Assembly (NCBI RefSeq): GCF_020745735.1
Contig: NC_083402.1
Coordinates: 8,074,004-8,138,003, forward strand
Source: Hemiscyllium ocellatum
Lineage: Eukaryota
Direction: 5' to 3'
DNA length: 64,000 nucleotides
In this document: positions 51,001-64,000 of the stretch, one piece after another
How positions within the stretch are numbered: position 1 is the stretch's first letter
Layout: every line of letters starts with the position of its first letter
Made by a program: the position numbers and the translations under genes
The notes under the pieces: model-generated
The model's input: only the letters and a program-made list of their open reading frames with translations
Told to the model about the DNA's origin: nothing
Databases searched by the model: none

Positions 51001-53149
51001 TTAACTGCTGTTGAGCCTACTCTCTTGCTTTATTTAATTGTTCATTAAACTTTGACACATAGATACAGTCTGCAGTTAAGTGAGAATTGGTCAACATGAT
51101 CTCTGATAAGGCATGACAAGAGATGGCAAAGAAAACTGAAGATGGATATGGGTTCAAGATTGAGACAAGGAGCAACATGTGAGGGCCTTTGGACCAGCGG
51201 GCTGGAGTATGTGAGGGATGGCACACAGGCACAGCATCAGCAACAAATTCTGATGAAACTGACTCACTCCCAAATATGGTTAACATTGAAGACCATAAGA
51301 CACAGGAACCGAAGTGGGCCATTCATCCCATCAGTGTCTTGCAGGTACAGTGCTGCTGTGACAGAGGGGTTGGGAGCATATGACATGGGAACCATTCGCA
51401 AACAGGAAACTCCAAACAGACATGTGACTGTTACTCCTTTTACCAGGATATGAATATCATTGTCCTTTCTCCATGGAAGCAAATGTTTTCCTTTCTGTCT
51501 GAGAGAAAAGATGTCAGGTGTTGGTGTGACTGTATGTGTTCCAAGATATTCACAATCCTGAGTAGACCATCCTGGAGTGTGTGGTCATTCTGTGTGCCCC
51601 ACCTGCAGAAGGATGACCTGTACTGGGCTGAGTTGGAGTACAGAGCAGGTTTATTGAAATGGTAGTTTGTCTCCATGCGTTAAAAGATCAGAACAGGTTA
51701 AAGAGAGAAAAAGAGCTTCATTGTGGTACAGAAAAAGACCATTCAGCCTATCAAGTCCAAGCTAACTATCTGCCACATAATCCCATGTGTGCCATTCACT
51801 GCTCTATCCACAAAGCCCTGCAAATTTATTTCCCTCAGTTTCTAGTCTCATTTTTTTCATCAATAATTGATCATCTTCATTTGCACCAACCGAATAGGCA
51901 GCATGTTCTGCACATTTCCATTCAATGCATCAACAGAACCACTTGCCCATCTACATTTTCTCAAACTTTTAAACCTGATTCGAATTCTTGTGCCATCACC
52001 TATTGGACAGAGTTCTTTTTTTTTTTGTCTGCCTTATCTTGATCTGTTATAATCTTGTACAGCTCAATCAAAATGATTCTCAACCTGTATTCTTCAAGGA
52101 AAATAGCCATTTCTCCAAAACAATCCTCTGACTATATTTTCTGTGTCTCTGAGCCATTCTGGTACAAGTGCACTCTACCCCTCAGGAGCTCTCACATCCT
52201 TCCTGACCAGAACACTGGTGACTAAAATTGGATGCAACACTTGACTGTCTCATAACCAGAGCTGAATCAAAGATAAGCATCTTCTCCATGAGATTGTTCT
52301 TATTAACAATAATAATAAAGCCCAAGATCCCATATATGGTGCTTTCTGTCCTGTCACCTTTAAAGATAGGTGCACATTAACCTCCTGCTCCCTCTGTCCT
52401 TGCATACTCTCGACATCTGTGTCATTCAAATATACATTCCCTCTCTGCATTGCTTCTCTCAAAACGCATCAACTCACTGTGTTCAAAAGAAGAGACATAT
52501 TCAATTCAAAATGCTAACTCTGGCTGTATAATTTCCTTTCCACTCAGGTTTCCTGGGTTATTTATAGGAAATAAAACTCCATGGGCTCACCACTTCCTGG
52601 GTGAAGAAATCCCCATGGGCATCTGTAGAGTGAATGCAGAGTTAACGTTGTGTGTCCAATCCAGTTATGTTTTCTGAGGAACGGTCACTGGACTCCAAAC
52701 ATGAAGTCTGCTTTCTGTCCACTGATGTTGCTAGACCCGTTGAGTTTCACCAGCAGTTTCTGTTTATGTTTCTGATTTCCAGAATCCACAGTTCTTTGTC
52801 ATTTTTTTGATTCACTGTGGTGAGTGTTTGTCTTTCAGCTTGGAGGGAAGTGTGCTGTCCTGTTAAAACAATTCTCTTTTCGTACGATGTGTATGACCTG
52901 GACTTAGGTATACAGGACAGAATTTTAATACTTGCAGAGACACAATGAAAAGAAAACCTTCAATGATCCTCAAAATTACCGAATCATTCCTCATGAGGCA
53001 TGACAAAAACAAATCTTGGTCACCAAGTGTATAATTTTAACAAAAATGAACAATTCATTATGAAAAACAGAACTTAGCAAAGCACAGTGTACTGTGTACT
53101 GTACCTTTAAGAGAGAGAGACTGCAAGTGGCGAAGCAATTACATTTCTC

Positions 53150-54420
53150 ATTTCCCAAAGCAGCCGAGGACAAATCTGGTCCGGGCCTGGCGACTTGTCA
53201 ATCTTAATGTTTGACAAAATTTTCAGCACATCAGCTTCCTCTATCTCTATCCATTTCAGCATACACACCTGCTCTTCAAAGGTTTCATTCACTACAAAGT
53301 TCGTTTCTTTTGTAAAGATAGAAGCAAAAAACTCATTTAGGGCTTCCCCTACATCCTCAGACTCCACACACAAATTCCCTATGCTATCCCTGATTGGCCC
53401 TACTCTTTCTTTGACCATTCTCTTATTCCTCACATACATGTAAAATGCCTTTGTGTTCTCAGGCTCATCAGCCACACAAGGACACACAGACCCCATGGCC
53501 AGTGGCACGGAATTTCCTCAGTGGATGATCACACTCATCAGTGAGTAATGATGATGACAATGAATTAACCTGCTTTGCCTTTCCAAGCCAGATTCCAATA
53601 ACATTTGTTCCATTTTTGTTTTCTCATCTTTTGTAAATGATGAACTGAGAGCACGGATCAGTCCTTGGAGCTACGATGTTGTGTCCATTATGGAGACTTT
53701 GATACCACAGGGGCAGGAATGGTTGTTGGACGTTCTGGTGTTTGAGCAGATTGGGAGGCATATTTTGTAAAGGTGCAGAAGTAACAGGGTTGTTGTCATG
53801 GGTGACTTTAACTTCCCTAATATTAATTGGAATCTCCTTACTGCAAATAGTTTGAATGGAGCAGGATTTGTCAGGTGTGTCCAGGAAGGATTCGGGCTCA
53901 ATATGTAGATAGGCCGACTAGAAGGGAGGCCATATTCCCTTTGGTTCTTGGCAATGAACCAGGTCAGGTGTTAGATCTCGTGGTGGGATAATATTTCACT
54001 GATAGTGATCACAACTGCCTGACCTTAACAGTAATCAGGTAGGGAAAGTATTTAATTGGGGGAGGGGGAATTACAATGCTATTAGGCAGGAACTGTGATG
54101 CATAAATTGGGAACAGATAGACTCAGGGAAATGCACGACCGAAATGTGGAGGTTGTTCAGGGAGCACTTGCTGATAGTGCTGGACAGGTTTGTCCCACTG
54201 AGGTAAGGAAGGGATGGTAGGGTGAATGAATCTTAGATGACAAGGGATGTAGGACATCTAGTCAAGAGGAAGAAGGAAGATTACTTAAGATAATGAAAGC
54301 AAGGATCAGACAGGGGTCTGGAAGGTTACAAGGTCGCCAGGAAGGAATTGAGAAATGGAGTGAGAAGAGAAGGAAGGGGCATGATAAAGCCTTGGTGGGT
54401 AATATTAAGGAAAACACCAA
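53150..54420. mobile_element. CR1 fragments (minus 53150-53470, plus 53640-54420)
   Basis: KIDKSPGPD and VVVMGDFNFPNINW motifs. Confidence 0.8.
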
Positions 54421-54429
54421 GGCTTTCTG

Positions 54430-54985
54430 CGGCTGAACATTTCAACTTCCCCTCCCACTCTGCTGAGGATATGTAGGTCCTGGGCCTCCTCCACCATCAC
54501 TACCTCACCACCCGACTCCTGGAGGAAGAATGCCTCATCTTCTGCCTGAGAACACTTCAACCCCAGGGTATCAATGTGGACTTTACCAGTTTCATCACTT
54601 CCCCATCCCCACCTTATCCCAGTTCATAAATGCCAGCTTAGCACTATCCTCATGACTTGTCCTACCTGCCCATCTTCCTTTCCACCGATCCACTCCACCC
54701 TCATCTCTGACCTATCACCTTCATCCCCACCCCCATTCAACCAGTGTATTCTTTACTACCTTCCCCCACCCTCCTCCCTGACCTATTACCTCCCTTCCCA
54801 TCCCCATTCACCTATTGTACTCTCTGCTACTTTCTCCCCACCCCCACTCTCCTCTCATTTATCTCTCCACCCTGCAGGCACTCTGCCTCTAATCCTGACG
54901 AAGGACCTTTACCTGAAACGTCGATTTTCCTGCTCCTCGGATGCTGCCTGAACTGCTGTGCTTTTCCAGCACCACTCTAATCTTT
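54430..54985 (+). mobile_element. Penelope 3' fragment/pLTR (an opposite-strand fragment lies at ~57780-58200)
   Basis: EEECLIFCLRTLQPQGINVDF and terminal GCTGCCTG.CTGCTGTGCTTTTCCAGCACCACTCT. Confidence 0.8.
54891..54926 (+). ncRNA. Minimal hammerhead ribozyme motif, second Penelope family
   Basis: AATC-CTGACGA-AGG..CCT-GAA-ACGT-C-GATT: stem I AATC/GATT, GTC cleavage triplet, weakened stem II. Confidence 0.55.
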
Positions 54986-56919
54986 AAGAAAAACAAGGTC
55001 CAGAAAGTTCCAACAAACCTTGAGGGCCTATTATTTATCTTCTTGTGCCACAAAACAACTAAGATAAACTAAGTCCATCATTTCGAAAGCGAGGCCTCAA
55101 ATCCTCTTTTCAGAAGAAATCACCACAACTTCAGTAATACTAACGAAGCCGATTATTAACCTGAGAGACACAGAAAGTCCACGTGTTGCTCACTTAAAAA
55201 TAAAAATTACAAACTGGGAATGAATAATATTAAATACACTGAGTTGGGTGAGAGAGTAAACTATGAAGAGAATACATATACTTTAGTGCAATTTGGATCA
55301 GTTCAGTGAGTGTGCAAATGCATTATAATGAAGTATAATGTGGTTAAGTATGAGGTCATCCACTTTGGTAGCAAACACAGGAACAAGTTAAAATGCAACC
55401 GCAAAACAAGTTATCCACAACGATTCAAGCAGAAGATATATTCAAACAACCTGAATACAGCTCTTGTATGAAGGGATACAATTCTTTTAAAATACCTACA
55501 GAAAAGAGGAAGCATGGAAAAGGAACCAGAAAAAAGGAATACCAGTGACCCGGTGGCCAAGGATAAATTCCAAAAGTGTGGAAGGATTAGCGGTTGCAGG
55601 ATTATGCTCATCAGCCACACAATGACCCACAAAACCCACAGGCAATGACAAGGAATTTCCAAATGCAGAAACCCAGATAAATGTAGATGGGTAAAGGTAG
55701 TCCAGATGAGGAGTACTTCGAATATTTTTGGAATCATTTCTTCAAACAGCACATTCTGGAGCCAAAAGTACATCAGACCCTTCAAGACTTGTTATTCTGC
55801 AATAAGATAAGATTAATTAATAAAGTGAAAACAGAGATACCCCGAGGTAGCAATGATACTAATGTGAATGAATTTTACAGTTTTAGGGAGGAAACCATGG
55901 ATCCAAAACTGTTACGTTAAACTAAAATAAGGATAATTATGAGAGTATGAAAGCAGAATGAGTTGAATTGAACTGATAAATGAGGTGAAGGGAATGATCA
56001 ATGGATATAGTGGCAGATATTAAAGGGAATAAATATTCCAATGAGAAAGAGAAATGGCAAGGGGCAGGACCCAGCATTTGGAGGGAAACGCAAAAAGAAA
56101 TGAAGTATTGAAATGAAAGGAAAAGGAAATAATTACACAAAGCAAAGGAACAGGTCTGAAGATTGAACAGAATATAAAAGGCACAGGAATCAATGGCTCC
56201 AAGATGTACAAAGAGGGAAAAATTAATGTACGAGAGAAAATCATGTCGAAATATGTATGAAGACTTTAGAAACAAGTACAACATGAGTCAGTCTGCACAA
56301 TTAATCATGGAAATGGCAGATGAACTCAAATATTTTTTGCATCTGCAAGAAAATTACAATCCCCAGAGAAATGACACTGAGTTAATCATTGAAGCTGTGG
56401 GCTGGCAACTTCCCGGGTCCCTGATGGAGGGGATCTTGGGTCTTTAAGGTGTCGCTGCTGGGAAAGTTGACCAATTGCTTTAAATTTCCAAAGTTCTCGA
56501 GGTTCAGGGGATGTCCCATTCCTTCAAGAATAGTGAATGCAAGTCATTTATTCAAAAAGGGAAGAAGGCAGAAAGTAGAAAACAACAGGTCAGTTTGTTT
56601 ATCTATCAGAGTGAAAATGCTAGAAATTAATATTGAAGACATTATAGCAGGTCACTTTGTGAAAATGAAATGTACAGCAGATAAAGGACAACATGTGGAT
56701 ACATTGAGCTTATATTTCCAGAAGGCATTTGTTAACATAGAAAATAGGAGGCTGGAGGAGGCCATTCGGCCCTTTAAGCATGTTTCACCTTTCAATCTGA
56801 TCGTTACTGATTGTCCAACTCAGGACCTTGTTCTGGTTTTCTTTGACATCTTTAATCTGAAGAACTTGATCTATCTCCTTCTTAAAGTATTCAATGTTTT
56901 GGCCTCAACTGTTTTCTGT

Positions 56920-57235
56920 TTAGATTCCTTACAGTGTGGAAACAGGTCCTTCAACCCAACAAGTCCACACTGACTCTCCGAAGAACATCCCACTTAAACC
57001 CATTCCCCTACATTTACCCCTGACTAATGCATCTAACACTACGGGCAATTTAGCATGTCCAATTCACCTGACCTTCATATCTTTGGACTGTGGGAGGAAA
57101 TCGGGTCACCTGGAGTAAACCCATGCAGACACGGGGAGAATGTGCAAACTCCACACAGATAGTGGCCCGAGATGGGAATTGAACCCGAGTCACTGGCGCT
57201 GTGAGGCAGCAGTGCGAACCACTGAGCCACTGTGC
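56920..57235 (-). mobile_element. HE1-type SINE
   Basis: A/B boxes and CR1-like tail (CTTACAGTGTGGAAACAGG on plus strand). Confidence 0.85.
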
Positions 57236-58652
57236 CACCTGTAGTAATGCTTTTTGTGAGGAAATGAATTTCTCCTTCATCTCTGTCCTAAATGACCTAC
57301 CCCATATCCTTTCCAGTGACCCCTTGATTTTTGACTCCTCAGTCATCGGGAACATCTTTCTTGCATTTACTGTGTCTAGTCTTTGCTAAAATTTCATGCG
57401 TTTTCCTGAGATCCCTCATACTTAATCACAAGTTTCACTTTCCCATACTAAGCAAAGAGGCTTTGATCTCATGACACTTCATGTGTTCATCCAAAGCCTG
57501 TGAGGCTTCCTGCATCTACTAAAGTCCCAGGCAATGCATTCCAGAATCCCACCACCCTCTGAGTGAAAAACATTTGCCTGAAACTCCCTCTGAACCTCCT
57601 ACCTTTCATATTAAAGTTATGCCATTTTGTTGTTGTGAAGTTCGTAATTCACTGGGAACCCGAAATTCCACATTAGGAAGGCAGAGGTAAAATTCTGGAC
57701 AGGAACACTTCATTGATGATGCTCACCCCTCCACAACTGTCTCCTTACTGAGCCCCTGGCACCACACCCTGCAAGGGAAAAACAATGGCTGCAGATGCTG
57801 GAAACCAGATTCTGGAGTAGAGTGGTGCTGGAAAAGCACAGCAGTTCAGGCAGCATCCGATGAGCAGGAACATCAACGTTTCAGTCAAAAGCATTTCATC
57901 AGGAATACAGGCAGAGTGTCTAAAAGTTGGAGAGATAAATGAGAGGAGGATGGGGGTGGGGAGAAAGTAACACAGAGTACAATAGGTAAATGGGGGTGGG
58001 GATGAGGGTGATAGGTCAGGGAGGAGGGCAGGGTAAGGTAGCAAAGGTAACAATGGGTGGATGGGGGTGGAATGAAGGTGATAGATCAGAGAGGAGGGTG
58101 GGGTGGATAGGTGGAAAAGAAGATAGGTCGGTAGGACAGGTTATGGGGACAGTGCTGAGCTGGAAGTTTGGAACTGGGATGTGGTGGGAGAAGGGGAAAT
58201 GACACCCTGCAAGTCACCTAACCAGCTTTCTTAAAGGGGAAGCGTCAACCAGATACATAACACCCTCCCCCTTTGTTTTAAAGAAATCCCACCAAGGCTG
58301 GATTCAAACGAGTGTGGCAGGAAGGATCTCTGAAAAACAATGGAATCAAGGGGGGTCATGGGTCAAACTCTCTATAGGTTAGAGTTCCAAAGGAAGATGG
58401 TCGTGGTTCTGGGACATCAGTTATCTCATCTCTGCAGGAGTTCCTCAGGACATTCCCCCAGGCCCAAACATCCCCAGCTGTTTCATCAATGACCTTCCCT
58501 CCATCACAAGGTCAGAAGTGGGGATCTTACCCGATGATTATACAATGTTTAGCATCATTTACAAATCCTCAAATACTGAAGCAGTTCATGTTCAAATCCA
58601 ACAAGATCTGGAGAATATCTGGGCTTGGGATGACAAGTGGCAAATAACATCC

Positions 58653-58770
58653 CAGCAGAATCCGCTGTGAGGGGTGAGAGAGAGAGAGAGAGAGAGAGAG
58701 GATATGAACACAGCACAGACACCAAACAGTGAGGTAAAGCATTGAATCTTTTATATAGTGAGAAAAGATA
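58653..58770 (-). pseudogene. Relic of a third V1-type exon: intron 3' end, acceptor and ~12 exonic nt
   Basis: 58665-58770 matches the intron flank of V1a/V1b (CTGTGAGGGG(AG)n GATATGAACACAGCACAGACACCAAACAGTGAGGTAAA). After the AG only CGGATTCTGCTG remains before LINE sequence. Confidence 0.75.
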
Positions 58771-59669
58771 AAACCGGACCTGAAACATTAACTCTGATTT
58801 CTCTTCACAGATGCTGCTAATTTCCAACATCCACAATTGTTTCAGTTTGTATTTAACATCAAAATCGAAAGGTGTGGTGCTGGAAAAGCACAGCCGGTCA
58901 GGCAGCATCCGAGCAGCAGGAGAATCGATGTTTCGGGAATTTGGACAGGGGGAGTTGGGCTGAGAGATAAATTGGGTAGTGGAGATTCTGTATGAATCAC
59001 TCAAAATGAGAAGGTGAAATGGTCCCATTCTATTATCAGCAGGTTATTAATCTGGAGACCCAGGTAAGGTTCTGGGGAATGAAGTTCAAGTTCCACTATG
59101 TTGGGTGTTCCTTTTTGTCAGTCTGGATTAACAGGCTTGTGATGGCCATGACCTATCGAGTAGAAAGTCTGTCATTATTCCCTGGTTGGTTCAAATATGA
59201 TTCCAGACCCACAGCAATGCGAGTGACTTCCCAGTGAACTCTGGGCAATTCGGGAGGGATAATGAATTCTGGCCCAGCCAGTGACAACTGGATGCCATGA
59301 ATGAATCAAAACAAAGAGTCCATGGAAGGTGATGAAACCAAACCCACATTGTGCTCAGGATTCCGGAATTTCTGACAATGAGCAATGAGATTGACTGCTC
59401 TGAGTGCGACAATGGTCAGGAGGATTATGGAGAGGACAGCCCAGATTACAATTACGAGTCACAAAGCCAGGTCATGCAGCAGAGACAAGGAATAAAGTGT
59501 CTTGACAAAACGATCAAAAAGCAAAATGGAAGTCTTTACAAAAAACGATGCATTCACGGAGAGGATTCATGGAGAGGAAAGACTGAGCAGAATTTCAGAC
59601 TCTGCTCCTGAATCAGGAAGGCTGACTGATGGGGACGGTGAAAGTTATGAGATGTCAGATAGTACAGAC

Positions 59670-60480
59670 AAGCAGGAAATGTGGAGGGACCTGAAACCAG
59701 GAAATATAAATATTCTAGTCACCACCAAACCACCAAGAGATTCAGGAAAACACAGGGAGTGGTTAGAATGTGGAACCTGCTCATACACCAAGTGGTTGAC
59801 ACAGTGACCATTGTTGTACTGAAGGGGAAGCTTGATTGACACTTGAGGGAGGAAGCAACAGAGGGAAGTGCTGTCAAAGTGAGAAAAAGAAGGGTCGGGG
59901 AGGTGAACTTGTGCAGAACATGATCACCACCGAAGACCAACAGAATTCTTTACGTTCCATTTGCATGAGCCCTAATTTACTGTTCAGATTACTTCATATA
60001 ATTCTCAACATGCTGAACGTTTATTCATTCATGGGGTGTAGGTGTTGTGAGTGGGTGTTACCTGTCCCACATTGTTGTAAAAAGGTACTAGCGAGCTGCT
60101 GCGGTCCATGATGTTATAACCCTCACTAATACTTCATTATGTTTATTTCATCAGTTTTACTTTGGAGCTGGGAATTAAAAAGATGTGAGCTGAAGGTGAC
60201 AAACAAGTTTTGGTTTCTTTGTGAGGCCAGGCCTGGAAGTTATTTGCAGATTGCTTCTTGATCAGAACCATTCCATCGAACAGCTGTGAGCTGGGAGAGC
60301 AGTCTGTTTAAACAGATAGAAGATCTTGATCAGTAATTTTTTGTCATTACCTCGGTCAATCCACTCTGGGGGAGACCTTCTGCTCAAACTGATGGTAGAT
60401 GTTGAATGGTAACTGGGACCTGGTGGGGAGATGGTCAGGGTGAGAATGAAAGTCCACAGTTTTGAACTGGATTTTGGTCT
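59670..60480. repeat. Remnant of a third paralogous unit (C)
   Basis: 59675-59930 is near-identical to 19990-20270 (and partly 42350-42580). 60030-60480 is a more diverged match to ~20350-20850. Same orientation as A and B. Confidence 0.7.
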
Positions 60481-61119
60481 GTGTTTTAAGGGAGCAGGAG
60501 TTTTGATGCAAAAGCATGAAGTTTTGAAAGGTCCCTGATTAACCTTCCATTGGCACCGATCGGAAGCTCAGAGAATAGAAATTCAGTTCCAAGTATTACT
60601 GAATTCATCGGAGTGAGCTGAAACTTTGGCCCTGATTGATATCTCCAGAAAGTCAAACCAAGAAACAATCATCTCTGCCTGTGGAACTAAAGTATCATGA
60701 GAACCACTTGCATAATCTGGCCTGTTTTGTTATTGTACTTTATTTATCCCTTAACTGTGTTTTTTCATCCGTCAGTATTTTGTGTGATTGGGGCTGAAAT
60801 GAAAAAAAATTGAAAATAGACATCGCCAACTATTTTGCTCTTTACTTTTGTTGAAATTTCACTCTGCTACAGTCACTGTATTGTTCATAAATTGCTAAGT
60901 ATTTTGTTTAAGCTACAAATCTGTGTCATTTGGGTCAATTCTGAAGGTCTTTGAAGACAAATGGAATTGAGAAAATTGGAGATGAGAATTCCAAAGAACA
61001 GAGAAAGAGATAGAAAGGGAGGAGAAAGAAAAAAATTTCAAAGAGCATTAAAGCTTAAAAAATTGGAACAAGAGTGGCAAGAGAAAGAAAAGTAACAGAA
61101 ATTGAAAATGATGCCATTT

Positions 61120-61400
61120 CGGAGCAGTGGGTCAGTGGTTAGCACTGCTGCCTCACAGCATCAGCAACCCAGGTTTGATTGCACCCTTGGGTCCGTCTGT
61201 GTGGGTTTGCTCCGGGTCATCTAGTCTCCTCCCACAGTCCAGAGATATAGGGGTTAGGTGGATTGGTCATGTTAAATTACCCATAGTGCCCAGGGATTTT
61301 AGGTTAGGTGGATTAGCCACAGGAAATGCAGGGTTACAGGGACGGGATGGAATCCTCGTTTGAATGTCAACGTGGATTTGATGGGCTAAATGGCCTGTTT
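61120..61400 (+). mobile_element. HE1-type SINE (another copy at ~61700-61880; partial minus-strand copy at ~8180-8430)
   Basis: AGTGGTTAGCACTGCTGCCTCACAG...CCAGGTT head. Confidence 0.8.
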
Positions 61401-61899
61401 CCACACATTAGGGATTCTATGTTACTCTATGCTAGGCAAGTTAAACCAAATGTGTGGAAGAGACTTAAAGAGGAAGGTTTGAGCTGTAATTCACAGTTCA
61501 GTCAGGAGATTTTTCAGATTGTGCAGGTGAAATGATTGCACAGAGGCCAGGATCCTATCACCTAGACACATTTTATTTTCACGGCCAGCTCAGAACCAGT
61601 TCCAAGAATGAGGAGACTCTCTGAATCTCCTGTTTATATCTGTTCCCCAGTGCCCCCGGCCCAGGTAACAACCCAATCAAGGACCTTCTAAAATGAGCAG
61701 CACGGTGGCTCAGTGGTAGGCACTGCTGCCTCATAGTGCCAGGGAACCAGGTTCAATTCCCACCTGAGGCAACTGTCTGTGTGGATTTTGCACATTCTCC
61801 CCGAGTCTGCTTGGGTTTCCTTCCAGTGCTCCGGTTTCCTCCCACGGTCCAAAGATGTGCAGGTTAGGTGAACTGGCCAGGCTAAATTGCCTGTAGATC

Positions 61900-64000
61900 A
61901 CCGGAGGATCTGAGCTACAGGGAGAGGCTGAACAGGCTGGGGCTGTTTTCCCTGGAGCGTTGGAGGCTGAGGGGTGACCTTATAGAGGTTTACAAAATTA
62001 TGAGGGGCATGGATAGGATAAATAGGCAAAGTCTTTTCCTTGGGGTCAGGGAGTCCAGAACTAGAAGGCATATGTTTAGGGTGAGAGGGGAAAGGTATAA
62101 AAGAGACCTAAGAGGAAACTTTTTCATGCAGAGAGATTGGTACGTGTGTGGAATGATCTGTCAGAGGATGTGGTGGAGGCTGGTAAAATTGCAACATTTA
62201 AGAGGCATTTGGATGGGTATATGAATCGGAAGGGTTTGGAGGGAAATGGGCTGGGTGCTGGCAGGTGGGACTAGATTGGGTTGGCATATCTGGTTGGCAC
62301 GGACGGGTTGTACTGAAGGGTCTGTTTCCATGCTGTACATCTCTACGACTCTCTGACTCTATACACCTTCTTGACCACCCTATCCACTTGTATTGGCACT
62401 TTCAGGGATCAGTCGACCTACACAACTAGATCCTACTGTGTGTTAATGCTTCGAAGGGTTCTACCATTTACTGTACACTTCCCTCTTGCATTAGACCTTA
62501 TGCATCACCTCATATCTCTCCAAATTAAATTTCATTAGCCATTTCTGTGCCCTAGTCTACAGCCTTTATATGTTCTGCTGTATCCTTTGTCAATCTTCCT
62601 CACTATCCACAATTCCCCCAATCTTTGCGTCTTCTGCAAACGTACTAATCAGACCCTGACATTATTCTCCAAAATATTTATAAATGCTGTGAACAGCAGG
62701 GGTCCCAACACTGATCCCTATGGAACAGCAATGGTCACAGATTTCCAACCAGAAAAACACCCTTTCACCACTACTCTCTGTCTTCTATGATTAAGCCAAT
62801 TATATCTACATCTTACCAGCTCTCCACGGATCCATGCGGCTTCAATTTTAGTATCAGCATGCCACAAGGTACTTTGTCAAATACCTTACGAAAGTCCATG
62901 TGGACAACATCTATCGCCCTCCCCTTGTCAATCACGAAACCTGCTCAAAAGACTGAATGACTTTGTGAGACATAACCTTCCTGCAAGAAGCCATGCTGCC
63001 TCTTGTTAATAAGAAGATTTTTTTTCAAATGGGAGGAAGTCCTGTCAGTAAGAATCTTCTCCAATATTTCCCCTACCACGGATGTAAGGCTCACCAGCCA
63101 GTAATTTCCTGTCATTTGCTGCATTATCCCTGTTGCCATTAAACAAAGGAACAATGGTGGCTCTTCTCCAGTGCGCTGGGACCTGTCCCGTCTGGAAACA
63201 GAATCCAAAGATTCTGTCCAAGCTCCAAACAATGTGTTTCCTCACCTCGAGGAGTGAGGGGAGACAAACCTCTATTTCTTTATATGAAAATATCTGTTTC
63301 CGTACCCTCCATTTACCAAAGTAAATGGAAAATCATCCCATACAATGTTTCTAAATGCATATTTGCTGCAGTGCAATCTTTGAGACTGGCTGCTGCTTTC
63401 CATCACTTCCTGATGACATTGGCTTCCTCTTTGAGCATGTGGCACCTTGTAGCTCTGTATAAATCTGCTCACTCACAGCCCCTCCCATTCTTCAACAATT
63501 ACTGTACCTTACAGCAGTGTCCTTTTGTGGGACTGGAGTCACATGTCGGCCAGACCAGGTATGCAATGGGGTGCATTGAAGAAGGAAATAAGGAGAGTAC
63601 AGGGCTAAAGGGTGGGACCAACAAATCCAGTGAACCTTGTATACTTAGGAATACACAGCATGGGATGATGGGAAAAGGGAGGCTTATGGCAGATTCTGAG
63701 AATTCAAAACAGTGGCAATTTCTGGAGGATTATAAAATGTGCAAGTGGGAAATTAAAGTGGAGATTCGGAGTGCTAAAAGAAAATATGAAAGTATATTGA
63801 CAGGTAATATAAAGAAACATCCAAAATGTTTTAAAGGAATATAAATGGTAAAAGGACAACAAAGACTATGGTTGTAATTGAAACTTGAACCCAGAGAATG
63901 TATGTCAGGCTGTAAATGAGTACTTTATGTTGGTGTTCAACAGTGAGAGGGATAAGTTTGGTGTCGAAATCAGGAAGATAGTCTGTGACAAAGTTGAAGA
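61900..64000. mobile_element. Cluster of CR1 fragments on both strands
   Basis: Plus-strand 3' end 61900-62360, minus-strand RT 62360-63260, plus-strand linker 63600-64000. Confidence 0.75.

Overview
Vertebrate, almost certainly shark, genomic DNA; the taxon is inferred from elasmobranch HE1-type SINEs and the CR1/Penelope/Gypsy families present. Most of the window is transposon debris. The only host coding sequence I can support is the 5' part of a minus-strand Ig-superfamily receptor gene resembling Siglec-15. It has one signal-peptide exon (46098-46161, absent from the ORF track) under an ETS/RUNX/CRE/CCAAT motif cluster, then four intact phase-1/phase-1 V-set exons: V1b 34340-34726, V2b 30493-30840, V1a 11858-12244 and V2a 2069-2416. 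The four-V array comes from a tandem duplication (unit A ~1552-23400, unit B ~29977-45670) that copied the V1-V2 pair but ends ~430 bp short of the leader, so it appears intragenic. V1 domains keep the Siglec essential Arg and the Siglec-15-type four Cys; V2 domains have Leu at that position. Differences between paralogs cluster in loops: for V2, 13 of 19 nucleotide changes fall in the BC and FG (CDR1/CDR3-equivalent) loops. A relic of a third unit that has lost its V exon lies at ~58.6-60.5 kb. No C2, transmembrane or cytoplasmic exons were seen; they presumably lie beyond position 1. The splice model is inferred from sequence only, and substitution counts are manual.
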